In this document: one piece after another, positions 18,874 through 29,803 of the stretch
How positions within the stretch are numbered: position 1 is the stretch's first letter
How the letters are laid out: each line of letters starts with the position of its first letter
Assembly (NCBI GenBank): GCA_049320885.1
Contig: JBMORA010000013.1
Location: 1-64,000, forward strand
Direction of reading: 5' to 3'
DNA from: Thermodesulfobacteriota bacterium
GTDB taxonomy: Bacteria; Desulfobacterota; Desulfobacteria; Desulfobacterales; SURF-7
DNA length: 64,000 bases
Notes under the pieces: model-generated
Seen by the model: only the letters and a program-made list of their open reading frames with translations
Told to the model about the DNA's origin: nothing
The model's database searches: none
Program-made: the position numbers and the translations under genes

Positions 18874-20856
18874 TCATTGACTGGATTTTCCCGGCTCTTT
18901 CGTTTCATCCAGAATCTTTCGGATCGTGTGCGCCAGGTCTTTCATGACAATGGGTTTGTGCAGCAGCGCCTTGATCGGTACTGTCGGTGAGCGTTCTTCG
19001 GAAATCTTCCGGCTGTATCCCGTGCAAAGGATCACCGGCAGGTCCGGTCTGATCCGCAGCAACTCCATGGCCAGAATATCACCGGTGATTCCGGGCATCG
19101 TCATATCCGTCATCACCAGATCAAATTGATTCGGATCCCGCCGAAACAGTTCAAGGGCCTCCATGCCGTCCGTGCCGATGCTTACCTGGTATCCCAGATG
19201 CTGCAACAGCTCGCTCACCATCATGGTGAGGGCTTGTTCGTCATCCACCACCAGGATCCTTTCACGGCCCCTGGGCAATTCATCGATCATCGGGCTTTTC
19301 GACTCAACCCCTTGCTCGGTGCCCGGTAGAAAAAGGGTGAAAACAGATCCCCGGCCCGGTTCGCTGGCCACCTTGATTTTTCCCCCACAGGATTTCACGA
19401 TGCCGTACACCATCGCAAGGCCCATTCCGGTGCCTTCCGATGGACCCTTGGTCGTGAAATAGGGTTCGAAAATCAGCTCCATGATGTCAGGAGCCATCCC
19501 GCAGCCGGTATCGGCCACCATGATTTTAACATACTTCCCCGGCTTCATATCTTCCAGTTCCGTTTCGCCGGAATCATCCAGGACGATCTTGGAGATGGTG
19601 ACGTCAAGGACCCCGCCGTTTTCTTCCATTGCATGGGCGGCGTTGGTGCACAGATTCATCAGCACCTGATGAATCTGGGTCGGGCTGCCCATGATAATGG
19701 AATCCGTTTCAATTTTTTGACGGATTTCAATGGTTGTGGGAATGGAGGAGCGAATCAATTTCATGACCTCCCTGGCAATACCGTCCACCCGGATCGGCAT
19801 GATTTTTTCCTCGGACTGGCGGGCAAAGGTCAAAATCTGTCTGACCAGATCCCGCGCCCGTTCTCCCGCCGTATAGATTGCCCGGAGGCTGTTTAGCGGC
19901 TGTTTGCCGCCTTCGATATCCATCATCGCCAGCTCGGTGTAGCCGATGATGGCGGCCAAAATATTATTGAAATCATGGGCGATACCGCCGGCAAGCGTGC
20001 CGATGGATTCCATTTTTTGAATCCGGTTGAGCTTGGCCTCCAGCTCTTTTTTCTTCCCTTCCAGCTCCCGCTGTTCGGTTAAATCCCTTGAAATTCCAAG
20101 TAGGTATGCCGGACGACCTTCTTCGTTCAAGATCGGAATTTTTTTGGTATGGAGCAGCCGCCGTCCCTTGTAACGGGTTTCGATAGTTTCTTCGGGGATA
20201 TCGACAAGCTGGCCGCCGCTCAAGGTCTCTTGGTCCTTTTTCACAAAAAAATCAGCCAGCTCGAAGGGAAAAAAGTCATGATCCGTCTTGCCGATCATTT
20301 CCTCCCGGGGATAGCCGAGCAGCTCTTCACCGGCTTTGTTGAACCGGACAAAACGAAGGTTCTCCGCGTCCTTGACAAAAATCATGTCCGGGATATTTTC
20401 CACGATGGCATTCAAAAAGGTCTCACTTTGCCGTACTTTTTCAATTAATTCAATATTTTCTATTTCCAAGTAATAATTTTTCAAGCCTTCTTCGATGCGT
20501 GATCGGATGAAGTTGCCATCAATGGGTTTTGAGAAATATCCCTGAAGTTTTCCATTATTTATGGCTTTCACCAGCGGTGGGAAGTCGCTGAAGGCCGTCA
20601 GAAGGAACCGCCGGGTTTTCGGAAATTCCACTGCCGCCATTTCCAGGAGTTCCGTCCCCTCCATTCCCGGCATGCGCTGGTCCGTGATCAGCACCTGGAT
20701 CTCGGTGGACCTCAAAATCTCGAGGCCCTCCATGGCGGAAGAAGCCAGGAAGACATCATAGTCCCTTCGAAACATCGCCTTGAAACTGCTCAAGTTTTCC
20801 CTGTCGTCGTCAACATAGAGAACGCGCGCCTTCGGAATCGGATTAGCGGTATTCAT
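18874..20856 (-). CDS. Hybrid histidine kinase (REC-PAS-HisKA-HATPase-REC)
   Basis: YVDD...ITDQRMP; PAS IVENIPDMIFVKD; H-box GIAHDFNN; FEPYFTTK, GTGMGL; C-terminal VVDD...MTDMTMP; ATGA overlap with the upstream gene. Confidence 0.92.
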   Translation of the reverse strand: MNTANPIPKARVLYVDDDRENLSSFKAMFRRDYDVFLASSAMEGLEILRSTEIQVLITDQRMPGMEGTELLEMAAVEFPKTRRFLLTAFSDFPPLVKAINNGKLQGYFSKPIDGNFIRSRIEEGLKNYYLEIENIELIEKVRQSETFLNAIVENIPDMIFVKDAENLRFVRFNKAGEELLGYPREEMIGKTDHDFFPFELADFFVKKDQETLSGGQLVDIPEETIETRYKGRRLLHTKKIPILNEEGRPAYLLGISRDLTEQRELEGKKKELEAKLNRIQKMESIGTLAGGIAHDFNNILAAIIGYTELAMMDIEGGKQPLNSLRAIYTAGERARDLVRQILTFARQSEEKIMPIRVDGIAREVMKLIRSSIPTTIEIRQKIETDSIIMGSPTQIHQVLMNLCTNAAHAMEENGGVLDVTISKIVLDDSGETELEDMKPGKYVKIMVADTGCGMAPDIMELIFEPYFTTKGPSEGTGMGLAMVYGIVKSCGGKIKVASEPGRGSVFTLFLPGTEQGVESKSPMIDELPRGRERILVVDDEQALTMMVSELLQHLGYQVSIGTDGMEALELFRRDPNQFDLVMTDMTMPGITGDILAMELLRIRPDLPVILCTGYSRKISEERSPTVPIKALLHKPIVMKDLAHTIRKILDETKEPGKSSQ

Positions 20857-22130
20857 GCGGCCTCCTGGTCCAGGGGTAATAACAGGGAAAACGTCGTTCC
20901 TGAACCGTTTTTACTTTCCACCTCGATCATTCCATGATGCTCCTGGATGATGCCGATACTGATGGAAAGTCCCAGTCCGGTTCCCTCCCCCACCTTTTTG
21001 GTTGTAAAAAACGGATCAAAAATATTGTTGAGAATGTCTTCCGGTATTCCGGGTCCGTTATCGCTGATGCCAATCACGGCATAGGCCGTCTTGTCACGGA
21101 ATCGGGTGGTTGTTCCAATGGTGATGACCGCCTCTTCCTGTTTTTCCTTTCTCTGCACGGCGTCGATGGCGTTGGCAATGATATTGAGCAGCACTTGAAT
21201 CAACTTGCCCGGATGCACGGATATCGCAGGCAGGGCCTGATATTCCTTCCGGATGCGGATCTGGTTTTTATAGCGGTTTTTCAGAATCACCAGGGAAGCA
21301 TCGATCAACCCATGGAGATCCGTTTTTTCCGTATGGATTCTATCCATGCGGGAATAAATTCGCAAGCTGTCGACGATTTCTTCCGTCCGCCGGACGCCCT
21401 CGAGAATATTGCGGGTCAGCTCCGATAATTCCTGCAGCAGCAGGCCATAATCGATTTCCGCTTTCACCCGGTGGAGTTGATCGCGAATATCCGGAATCGG
21501 GCAGGCTTCCCCGCACTGTTCATACACTTGCAGCAGTTTTTTCAGATCCGCGATATCCTGTTCCAGTCCGATGGTGCTGGTTTTGATGAAGTTGACCGGA
21601 TTGTTGATCTCGTGGGCGATGCCGGCGACCAGAACTCCGACGGCCGCCATTTTTTCAGATAACACCAGTTTCTGCTGGGCATTTTTCAGGTCGTCGAATG
21701 CCCGTTCAAGAGCTCTGTTTTTTTCTTCAAGGGCGGCTTTCACGCGTTTCAAGGTCAGGTGAATGTCCACCCGGGCATGCACTTCCTCCACCTGAAACGG
21801 CTTGGTGATGAAATCGACGCCGCCCAACTGAAAGGCCTTGATTTTGTCACCGGTGTCGGTCAAAGCGCTGATAAACACCACCGGCAGGTCCCTGGTGGCT
21901 TCGTTCTCCTTCAGGCGGCGGCACACCTCGTACCCGTCGATTCCCGGCATGTTGATATCCAGCAGAATCAAATCCGGCGGATCGTTTATGGCGGAAGTTA
22001 CCGCCAGCTCGCCCCTGGGAAAGATTCGGACCCGATGGCCTTTTTCCTTCAGCATCGTTCCGAGAAGCTTGAGATTGGACGGTTTGTCATCCACCACCAT
22101 GATGGTGCCGCTGTTGATGAAAGCATCCAT
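20853..22130 (-). CDS. Response regulator-histidine kinase (REC-HisKA-HATPase)
   Basis: VVDD...LLDINMP; H-box [26 protein letters not shown] at 22130 with GGGAG RBS. Confidence 0.92.
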   Translation of the reverse strand: MDAFINSGTIMVVDDKPSNLKLLGTMLKEKGHRVRIFPRGELAVTSAINDPPDLILLDINMPGIDGYEVCRRLKENEATRDLPVVFISALTDTGDKIKAFQLGGVDFITKPFQVEEVHARVDIHLTLKRVKAALEEKNRALERAFDDLKNAQQKLVLSEKMAAVGVLVAGIAHEINNPVNFIKTSTIGLEQDIADLKKLLQVYEQCGEACPIPDIRDQLHRVKAEIDYGLLLQELSELTRNILEGVRRTEEIVDSLRIYSRMDRIHTEKTDLHGLIDASLVILKNRYKNQIRIRKEYQALPAISVHPGKLIQVLLNIIANAIDAVQRKEKQEEAVITIGTTTRFRDKTAYAVIGISDNGPGIPEDILNNIFDPFFTTKKVGEGTGLGLSISIGIIQEHHGMIEVESKNGSGTTFSLLLPLDQEAA

Positions 22131-22132
22131 GA

Positions 22133-25100
22133 TCAACTCCCGCTGTGAGAGGTGTCGGACCCGAACAGGACCGCCAGCCGGTCGAAATCGTACTCGTCCG
22201 CCATCCGGGAAAGGCTCCCGCCAAGCCGGGCATCCAGGGTTTCAACCTTTTTGATCAGGTCAAGCAACTCCTCATGATAGCCGCCGGCGATGGCCTTGCG
22301 AATGTCGTGCAACAGGGTATCCGGCAACGCAAGAACCGCTTCCCGGGATATCGCCGCGACATCACTTTCCGAAATATCCACGTTCTGCTCATCGTACAGA
22401 TAATCCACGTGAAGATGTTGTTTGATTTCCTCCAGAATACGGTTTTCCTTGAACGGTTTCCGGATGAAATGATCCGCCCCGGATTTCAGGACCTCGATCC
22501 GTTCCTCCTCCAGGGCGCTGGCGCTGACGGCGATGATGACAGCCTCCCCGCCGCCCCTGGATGCCCGAATTTTTTTGGTGGCCTCCACACCGTTCATCAC
22601 CGGCATGCGGATGTCCATCATCACCAGGTGAGGCTGCCAGGCGGCAACCATATCAAGGGCCTCCTGCCCGTTCGCCGCTTCCCGAACATCGAAGCCCACC
22701 GGCTTCAGCATCCGAACCAATATATCCCGATTGGTTTCTTTATCGTCCACCACGAGAACTCGATGGACCGGCTGGCCGGGTGCAAGACGGATCACCCGGG
22801 GGGGTTCGGCCGCCGCCTTCAGGTCCCCCGCTTCCTTTCTCGTCACCGGCAGGGTGAACCGGAACCTGCTGCCCTTGCCGGGTTCGCTTTCCACCGTGAT
22901 GTCGCCGCCCAATAAATGCAGATACTCCCTGCAGATGGCGAGACCCAGGCCGGTCCCCTCCCGGGAACGGCCGCCGGCGCTTTGTTCGAAACTGGCGAAA
23001 ATGGTTTGCAGATCCTCCCGGGGAATTCCCAGGCCGGTGTCCTCCACTTCGAACGTCAGCATCAGGTGATCACGGGTGTTGGTTCCTTCGTCGGCCCCGG
23101 GCTCCCGGGCATCAACCCGCAGGCACACCCGGCCGCTATCCGTGAATTTGACGGCATTCCCCAGCAGGTTGATCAGAATCTGGCGGAGCTTGCCTTCATC
23201 ACCGGCAATGACTCGCGGAACGGATTCCGTTCTGGAAACATCCAGCGCAAGCCCCTTGGAATCGGTCCGGATGGTAAACATCATCCGCAAATCACCGAGC
23301 AGGGCATGCAGATCAAAGGGTGCGGAATGACGTTCCAGACGCCCGGCTTCGATTTTGGACATTTCCAGGATATCGTTGATCAGGTGCAGCAGGTGTTCGC
23401 CGCTGCGGATGATGGTTTCGACATTTTTTTTCTGCTCATCCGATAACCCCGGGCTTTGACGGATCAGTTGGGAATATCCGAGAATCGCGTTCATCGGCGT
23501 GCGAATCTCATGACTCATGTTGGCGAGAAAAATGCTTTTGGCCCTGTTGGCCTTTTCCGCGCCGTTCTTAGCTTTTTCGAGCTCCAGTTCAACCTGCTTT
23601 CGAAAGGCGATTTCGCTAGCGAGCTTTCGATTCCAGTAGAAAAAGACGATCAAAATCAGCGCCGCCACCCCCGCCACAACCCCGATCAACCGGATAACGC
23701 GGCGCCAGTTGACTTCATGCTCAAACCGCACGCTCATCCATTTGCCGGAGATGGCGTTCTGCTCTTCCAGCGGTATGGATTGCAGGGCTTTATTGAGGAT
23801 CGCCGTCAATTCAGGCCAATCCGATCGAACACCCATGGCAAAGTTGGTGCTGACAAGTCCTTCCGCCGGCGCGGCGAACTTCAGGTTGCCGAGGTTGTGT
23901 TTCTGCATGAGATAAACGGCTACCGCCAGGTTTTCCACGCAGGCATCCGAACCCCCGGTTGCCACCTGCTCCAGACCTTGCAAGGAAGTATCCACCGGCA
24001 TCAACCGGATGGCGGGATAGGTTTTTTCAATGGATTCCTGGGTGGCATACCCTTTGACCACCGTCACGGTTTTACCCCCGAGATCTTTGAGTCCGCTGAT
24101 AAAAGGAGTTTGTGTCCGGGCGATGATGACGACGGGAAACGACAAATACGTCTGGGTAAAACCCAGGTAGGCCCGTCTGGCGGGGGTCTCCGATACACAG
24201 GCCACCAGATCCACGGACCGGTTCCTGGCGCCTGCAAGGACCTCGGACCACGAAAGCCCCGGCACTACTTCCAGTGTCACTCCGAGCCGTTCCTGCAATC
24301 GCTGGAGGAAATCCGCGCTGATGCCCTGGTGACGGCCGCTTGAGTCGCGCCATTCGAACGGTGGATAGGCCGGATCGATGCCCACCCGAATAAGCGGATG
24401 ATGTTTCAAAAACGCCTTTTCGTTTTCCGTCAGCGGCAAGGACATGGATACCCCCGGAACGGAGATCCGGGAGAGATGAACGGGCGCCCATTTTTGAGCG
24501 ATACCGGCTTTTTTGTCCTCCGGGATGGCCGCCAGGGCTTTATCAATCATGTTCACCAAAACGGGCCAGTCATTACGCACGGCAAAATGCAGCGGGGTCA
24601 TTCCCTCGGGTGTGTGGAACGCTATTTTCAGATTGGTCAGGTTGAGTTTCAGAATGGTGTCCGTGGAGACCGCCATATTGCCGACGGCGGCATCCACTTC
24701 CGCCCGCGACAGCGCCACCATCGCCTCCTGAAACGTATTGAACAGGACGGGCGCCAGATGGGTTTTTTCCTTGATATAGCCATGGTGGGAGCTGCCGATC
24801 TGGACCGCGACCCGTTTGTCTTTCAGATCCGCCATGGAATGGATCGGGGAGTCCATCCGGGTGATGACCACTCGCGGAAAGAACAGATAGGGTTTCGAAT
24901 ACCGAAAATGGTGTTTCCTTTCCTCGCTGATCCCCACGCAGGGCAACACATCGATCTGCTTGTCCTCGGCTTTGACCAAAACCTCTTCCCAGGCAATTCC
25001 CTTCACCGGCTCAAAAGACATGCCCAGAAGCCGGGAGATCAACTTCACATAATCAGCCGCCATCCCGGCGTATTCCCCGTTTTCAGCGAAAAATTCAAAC

Positions 25101-26020
25101 GGAGAAAAACCGGGATCGATCCCCAGCCGAATTCTGGGGTGATCCTTGCGCCAGGCGATTTCTTCAGGAGTCAGGACGATTTCGGACAGGTTTTCCGAAC
25201 CTTCCTGAATGTCGGGAACACCCGGCAGTCCGGCAAAATAATGGGACATTACCGTATGAAAAAAGCTCGAGGGGTCTGCTTTCAAGAGCTTCAGCCGGGT
25301 ATCGATCCGTTCCCGAAGATACGGCGTCAAAACGGATTGTTTTGGAAAGGCGAATTTTAAATGCTGGGGATTGAAAATGATCGGTGAGCGGACAATGGCG
25401 CCATTATTTTCATTCATGGTTCCGAACAAACGGTTGACGACTCCCGCATCGGCCTGTCCGTTGGCAACGGCGCTGAAAACCGCGGTATAATCCTCTACCT
25501 CGATGAAGGTGCAAGGGATGTCGAATTGCTGCATAACCGCCTTGATGCCCTGATCACCATCCGTATGAATACTGCCTTTCATCACGGCAATGGTCCGGTC
25601 TTTGAGATCCGGAAAAGACTCCGCTACAAACCCCTTGCGCGTGTAGATGGCCCCCCAGTTAACGAAAACCGTTTCCTCATTGAAATCATATAATTCAGCT
25701 CGGTGTTTGGAAAAAGCGACGTCCACCATCACGTCGAGAGTCTTGTCCTTCAGGCGTTGCAGGCATTCTTCCCAGGTGCCGCGGATAAATTCCAATTTCC
25801 AGTTCTCCGTATCGGCGATGGTTTTCAGAATGTCCGGATAGATACCGATACTGCTACCATCGGCGGCGCTGAACACTTTGGGAAAATTTTCGTAAAACCC
25901 CACCCGTACGGTGAGGGGCTTGCCGGTGGAAGGGCTTTCGGCGGCAATACCGCCGGATACACCGAATGCGATAGACAAACAGATCAGTATTCCCTGAACT
26001 AGTGCTGACGGCAGCTTCAT
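22133..26020 (-). CDS. BvgS/EvgS-like hybrid sensor kinase with three periplasmic solute-binding (Venus flytrap) domains
   Basis: Signal peptide; three SBP family 3 units (VRVGFYENFP, IRLGIDPGFSPFE, IRVGIDPAYPPFE); one TM helix; FLANMSHEIRTP; GTGLGL; C-terminal REC MMDIRMP; ATG at 26020 with AGGAGG. Confidence 0.92.
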   Translation of the reverse strand: MKLPSALVQGILICLSIAFGVSGGIAAESPSTGKPLTVRVGFYENFPKVFSAADGSSIGIYPDILKTIADTENWKLEFIRGTWEECLQRLKDKTLDVMVDVAFSKHRAELYDFNEETVFVNWGAIYTRKGFVAESFPDLKDRTIAVMKGSIHTDGDQGIKAVMQQFDIPCTFIEVEDYTAVFSAVANGQADAGVVNRLFGTMNENNGAIVRSPIIFNPQHLKFAFPKQSVLTPYLRERIDTRLKLLKADPSSFFHTVMSHYFAGLPGVPDIQEGSENLSEIVLTPEEIAWRKDHPRIRLGIDPGFSPFEFFAENGEYAGMAADYVKLISRLLGMSFEPVKGIAWEEVLVKAEDKQIDVLPCVGISEERKHHFRYSKPYLFFPRVVITRMDSPIHSMADLKDKRVAVQIGSSHHGYIKEKTHLAPVLFNTFQEAMVALSRAEVDAAVGNMAVSTDTILKLNLTNLKIAFHTPEGMTPLHFAVRNDWPVLVNMIDKALAAIPEDKKAGIAQKWAPVHLSRISVPGVSMSLPLTENEKAFLKHHPLIRVGIDPAYPPFEWRDSSGRHQGISADFLQRLQERLGVTLEVVPGLSWSEVLAGARNRSVDLVACVSETPARRAYLGFTQTYLSFPVVIIARTQTPFISGLKDLGGKTVTVVKGYATQESIEKTYPAIRLMPVDTSLQGLEQVATGGSDACVENLAVAVYLMQKHNLGNLKFAAPAEGLVSTNFAMGVRSDWPELTAILNKALQSIPLEEQNAISGKWMSVRFEHEVNWRRVIRLIGVVAGVAALILIVFFYWNRKLASEIAFRKQVELELEKAKNGAEKANRAKSIFLANMSHEIRTPMNAILGYSQLIRQSPGLSDEQKKNVETIIRSGEHLLHLINDILEMSKIEAGRLERHSAPFDLHALLGDLRMMFTIRTDSKGLALDVSRTESVPRVIAGDEGKLRQILINLLGNAVKFTDSGRVCLRVDAREPGADEGTNTRDHLMLTFEVEDTGLGIPREDLQTIFASFEQSAGGRSREGTGLGLAICREYLHLLGGDITVESEPGKGSRFRFTLPVTRKEAGDLKAAAEPPRVIRLAPGQPVHRVLVVDDKETNRDILVRMLKPVGFDVREAANGQEALDMVAAWQPHLVMMDIRMPVMNGVEATKKIRASRGGGEAVIIAVSASALEEERIEVLKSGADHFIRKPFKENRILEEIKQHLHVDYLYDEQNVDISESDVAAISREAVLALPDTLLHDIRKAIAGGYHEELLDLIKKVETLDARLGGSLSRMADEYDFDRLAVLFGSDTSHSGS

Positions 26021-26296
26021 CCCCCCTCCTGGCTGGAAGGAAGTAAATAGAGTGGGTATTGCGGAGATCCATGCCATGAAATATTTGCTTTTTTAACCGG
26101 GTATTCTGGAATTATTACCAAATAGTCCCCATATATACAACCACTATTGTCGGTTGCCGGATTTTTCGCCGGACAGTTGTTGAAAAATACCCATGTTCGT
26201 GCTATCGGTTCTGTATTGTTCCCCTGCCAAATCGTATCGCACTATTTTTGTCACAATCGTCACCAGCACGGCATACCATAAGAGAAAGGAGCGACT

Positions 26297-26986
26297 ATGA
26301 AAAAAATGGCTGCGGAATTTTTCGGAACCTTTTGGTTGGTGCTCGGCGGGTGCGGCAGCGCGGTGCTGGCGGCCGCATTTCCGGAGGTCGGAATCGGTTT
26401 GCTGGGAGTCTCCCTGGCGTTCGGTCTGACCGTGCTGACCATGGCCTTCGCCATCGGTCATATCTCCGGCTGTCATCTGAATCCGGCGGTATCCATCGGT
26501 TTGTGCGCCGGCGGCCGGTTTCCGGCCAAGGAATTGCCGCAATACATCATCGCCCAGGTGCTGGGCGGCATTGTTGCCGGAGGAGCGCTTTATATCATCG
26601 CCTCCGGCAAGGCCGGTTTTGACGTTTCGGCGGGTTTTGCCTCCAACGGGTACGGCGCCCATTCCCCGGGCGGCTATTCCCTGCTCGCGGCCCTGGTCAC
26701 GGAGATTGTCATGACCATGATGTTTCTCCTGGTCATTCTCGGCTCCACCGACAAACGCGCCCCCCAGGGTCTGGCGCCCATCGCCATCGGGCTTTGCCTG
26801 ACGCTGATTCATCTGATCAGCATTCCCGTCACCAATACCTCCGTCAATCCCGCCCGCAGCACGGGAGTCGCTGTTTTCGTCGGCGATTGGGCCGTGGCGC
26901 AATTGTGGCTGTTCTGGGTAGCGCCGGTTATCGGCGCGGCGCTTGGAGCGGTGGTTTACCGGTTTATCGGCGGTGAGGAAAACTGA
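26297..26986 (+). CDS. aqpZ: Aquaporin Z
   Basis: [24 protein letters not shown] and TSVNPAR (two NPA motifs); AGGAG RBS. Confidence 0.95.
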   Translation: MKKMAAEFFGTFWLVLGGCGSAVLAAAFPEVGIGLLGVSLAFGLTVLTMAFAIGHISGCHLNPAVSIGLCAGGRFPAKELPQYIIAQVLGGIVAGGALYIIASGKAGFDVSAGFASNGYGAHSPGGYSLLAALVTEIVMTMMFLLVILGSTDKRAPQGLAPIAIGLCLTLIHLISIPVTNTSVNPARSTGVAVFVGDWAVAQLWLFWVAPVIGAALGAVVYRFIGGEEN

Positions 26987-27018
26987 AGCCCGCGGCCGGT
27001 GCCTCGGGTTACCGATTG

Positions 27019-27045
27019 TGCCCCCCACGCATAGCGCGGGGGGCA
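27019..27045. terminator. GC-rich hairpin between convergent aqpZ and ecotin genes
   Basis: tgcccccc-a-cgc-ata-gcg-c-ggggggca; no strong U-tract. Confidence 0.45.
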
Positions 27046-27155
27046 TGATACAAACAACACAACTGCCGCCGGATTCCCGGCTTATTTCTTCGACAGCCTG
27101 CGGACAGTGCTTCTATTTGCACAAAAATCACCGGTAGTCTTCATGAGATTCTCTC

Positions 27156-27632
27156 TCACCCCTTCTCAATTGCTTTTACTTCCGCGCCGGCAGTCCAGAT
27201 CCGATAACGCACTTCAACGCCTTCGGGCACATAGACCACGATGGGCAACCGGCTGTTGTAGCGGATGATATACGGTTCGCCCCCGAGGGTGATGAATCGA
27301 GCCACCTTCGGCGCATCCGGATTGACCGCCATGCGCGTGCCCGCCATCGGCCCGAGATCGCTGACTCGATAGCAGGTGAAGCCCCACCCGCTGATGGTTT
27401 CCGCCGCAATCTTGCCGCCGAAAAAATATCTATTCTGCTTGTCAATCAGGACTGTCTGACCGACAAGCAGCTCCACCCGGAAAGAGGATTCGTCCTCCTG
27501 TCGCGGGAGTTGCAGGACGCATCGAACCATCCCCGCCTCAGCCGGGGGAAAAGCCTTCAGGTTGTCCCCCGCCTGGCTGACCGGTGCTGCAAACAGAATC
27601 ATCAGGACCATGGCCGCCCATATCTTTTTCAT
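27156..27632 (-). CDS. eco: Ecotin family serine protease inhibitor
   Basis: Signal peptide; AFPPAEAGMVR, VELLVGQT, GWGF, GTRMA loop, YNSRLPIVVYVPEGVEVRYRIW; ATG at 27632 with GGAGG. Confidence 0.9.
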   Translation of the reverse strand: MKKIWAAMVLMILFAAPVSQAGDNLKAFPPAEAGMVRCVLQLPRQEDESSFRVELLVGQTVLIDKQNRYFFGGKIAAETISGWGFTCYRVSDLGPMAGTRMAVNPDAPKVARFITLGGEPYIIRYNSRLPIVVYVPEGVEVRYRIWTAGAEVKAIEKG

Positions 27633-27907
27633 GTTTCCTCCCCATATCGAACAATAGGTCAACATACCGCAGCCAAATAATAAAAAACAATAATTATTGA
27701 AGGATAATTATGGGTTCGGGTGGTATTTGAAGCCGTGATCCGGTTTCAGGATATAGTGGCGGAAGGAATTCAAGAACACGGGCGGAAGTTTCGAACCGAG
27801 CGAAATCGAGCGAAATCTTGCATAACCCCCAGGGACATAGTATAAGTTTCCGTACGGCTGCCGTAGATCCGGCGGCGGAACAATTGCCTGAAAACGGAGA
27901 ATCTGTA

Positions 27908-28567
27908 ATGAATAACCGGTTATGTATCCTCTTGATGGCGGTTCTGGCGGCGATTTCATTCATCGGCTGCGCGGATGACGACCATGACACCATCCCCCCC
28001 TCCACTGTCATCACCCATATCCTGAGCGACCAGAACGCGGACGGCGACATCGCCCTGAGCCTGGACGGCACGACCCTGACCGTCACCCAGGCCGTCAATT
28101 CCCAAAATGTCCTGGCGGGCATCGATCCGGATTTCGGCGATGAATTTCGCGGTTTCCTCGATTTCCCCCTGGGCGGCGCCGACGGCGTACCCTCGGGCGC
28201 GGCCGTCGTCGAAGCCACCCTCGAGGTTTTCATCAACAGCTTCACCGCGGCTCCGGGTGTCAGCGAGATACCCCTGCTCGTCGACCTCGTATCTTTTCAA
28301 CCGCCCCTGCCCCTGGTGGGTGACGATTTCTTCACGGAATCCCAGCCCCCGCTCCTCACCATGGGCTTCCAATTTTTTCTCCGGGACGCCGGGCTCCTGG
28401 TGGCCTTCGATGTGACGCCGCTCATGCAGGAGGCCCAGCGCCTGGATTTACCGGATTTTCAAATCCGGCTGCGCACCGATTTCTCGACCTATTCCGGTGA
28501 CGCACTCATCGAAATCGACGACGGGGCCCCCGAGACCGCCCCGCTGTTGACCGTGGAATATTATTGA
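27908..28567 (+). CDS. Acidic lipoprotein, possibly DNRLRE/CBM96-like beta-sandwich domain
   Basis: Lipobox-like FIGC after a hydrophobic stretch; FRGFLDFPL..VPSGAAVVEATLEV...FDVT...PLLTVEY pattern; GGAG upstream of ATG 27908. Confidence 0.7.
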   Translation: MNNRLCILLMAVLAAISFIGCADDDHDTIPPSTVITHILSDQNADGDIALSLDGTTLTVTQAVNSQNVLAGIDPDFGDEFRGFLDFPLGGADGVPSGAAVVEATLEVFINSFTAAPGVSEIPLLVDLVSFQPPLPLVGDDFFTESQPPLLTMGFQFFLRDAGLLVAFDVTPLMQEAQRLDLPDFQIRLRTDFSTYSGDALIEIDDGAPETAPLLTVEYY

Positions 28568-28598
28568 TTCCTTATCCGGTTTTATAGCCGATCCCGGT

Positions 28599-29780
28599 AT
28601 GAACGAGCAGCCGCAACAGGCCATTTCCAAAGGCGCCCGCACCGACGTCAAGATGATTTTCACCCTGACCCTGGTGCATTTCACCGGAGATCTGTACAGC
28701 TCCTTCGTCAACCCCCTGTTCCCCCTGTTTGTGGAAAAACTCGGCCTGTCCCTGACCCAGGTGGGCCTCATCGCCGGCACCAATCGCTTTCTGGCGTTCA
28801 TCGTCCAGCCGACGGTGGGGTACCTGGCGGACCGCCATCCGTCGCGGGCCTTCATCCTGGCCGGCCTGCTGCTGGCAATCTGCTTCATCCCCCTTGCGGG
28901 CATCGCTCCCGGCTTCTGGACACTGCTGATCCTGGTGGCCGTGGGTTCCATCGGCTCCTCCATGTTCCATCCGCCGGTGACCGGCATGGTGCCGTTGTAC
29001 GCCGGTTCCAATTCCGGCTTTTCCATGTCCATTTTCAACACCGGCGGCACCTTGGCCTTCGGCCTGGGACCGCTTTTCGTCACCTGGTACGCCGCCCGTT
29101 TCGGCCTGGGGGCCCTACCGTTCACCATGTGTTTTGGATGGATAATCCTGGCATACCTGGCGGTGACCATCCCAAAACCCGGCGGCGACGCTTCGACCCG
29201 GCTCGGATTTTTCGGCTCCATCCGGGAAAACCTCGGCGACGCCTGGAAAATCGTGGCCGTCATCTGGCTGGTGATGTTCCTGCGCGCCGTCGTGGGCCAG
29301 TCCTTCCTGACGTTTCTGCCGGTCCTGCTGGTTCAAAAGGGCTTGACGGTGGTTTCGGCGGGGGTGGTTTTTTCCCTGTTCACGGTGGCGGGCACCTTCA
29401 GCGGCCTCATTGCCGGCCGCATTTCGGACAAGATCGGATTCAGACCGGTGTTTCTGTGCGCCCACGGTCTGATGACACCGGTCCTGCTGCTGTTTTTACG
29501 CCTGGAAGGAGACGCCGTTTACATCGGGGCCCTGGCAGCCGGCGCGACGGTTCTGGCCACCCTGCCCCTGGGGGTTGCCATGGCCCAACTCCTGGCACCC
29601 AGGGGGCGCTCCATGGTCGCCAGCCTGATGATGGGTTTCGCCTATGGTCTCGGCGGATTGATTACGCCCCTGGTGGGCAGGCTGGCCGACCTGTATTCCA
29701 TTCCGTCGGTTCTGAACGCCATCTGCCTGATTCCCCTCGCAACCCTGCCGCTGATCCTCACCTTTCCAAAAGTCAAATAA
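28599..29780 (+). CDS. MFS transporter (Fsr/fosmidomycin-resistance-like)
   Basis: About 12 hydrophobic segments; HFTGDLY, QPTVGYLADR, MFHP, GRISDKIG. Confidence 0.88.
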   Translation: MNEQPQQAISKGARTDVKMIFTLTLVHFTGDLYSSFVNPLFPLFVEKLGLSLTQVGLIAGTNRFLAFIVQPTVGYLADRHPSRAFILAGLLLAICFIPLAGIAPGFWTLLILVAVGSIGSSMFHPPVTGMVPLYAGSNSGFSMSIFNTGGTLAFGLGPLFVTWYAARFGLGALPFTMCFGWIILAYLAVTIPKPGGDASTRLGFFGSIRENLGDAWKIVAVIWLVMFLRAVVGQSFLTFLPVLLVQKGLTVVSAGVVFSLFTVAGTFSGLIAGRISDKIGFRPVFLCAHGLMTPVLLLFLRLEGDAVYIGALAAGATVLATLPLGVAMAQLLAPRGRSMVASLMMGFAYGLGGLITPLVGRLADLYSIPSVLNAICLIPLATLPLILTFPKVK

Positions 29781-29803
29781 TTCCGCGGCTGCCTGGAAAC
29801 GGC

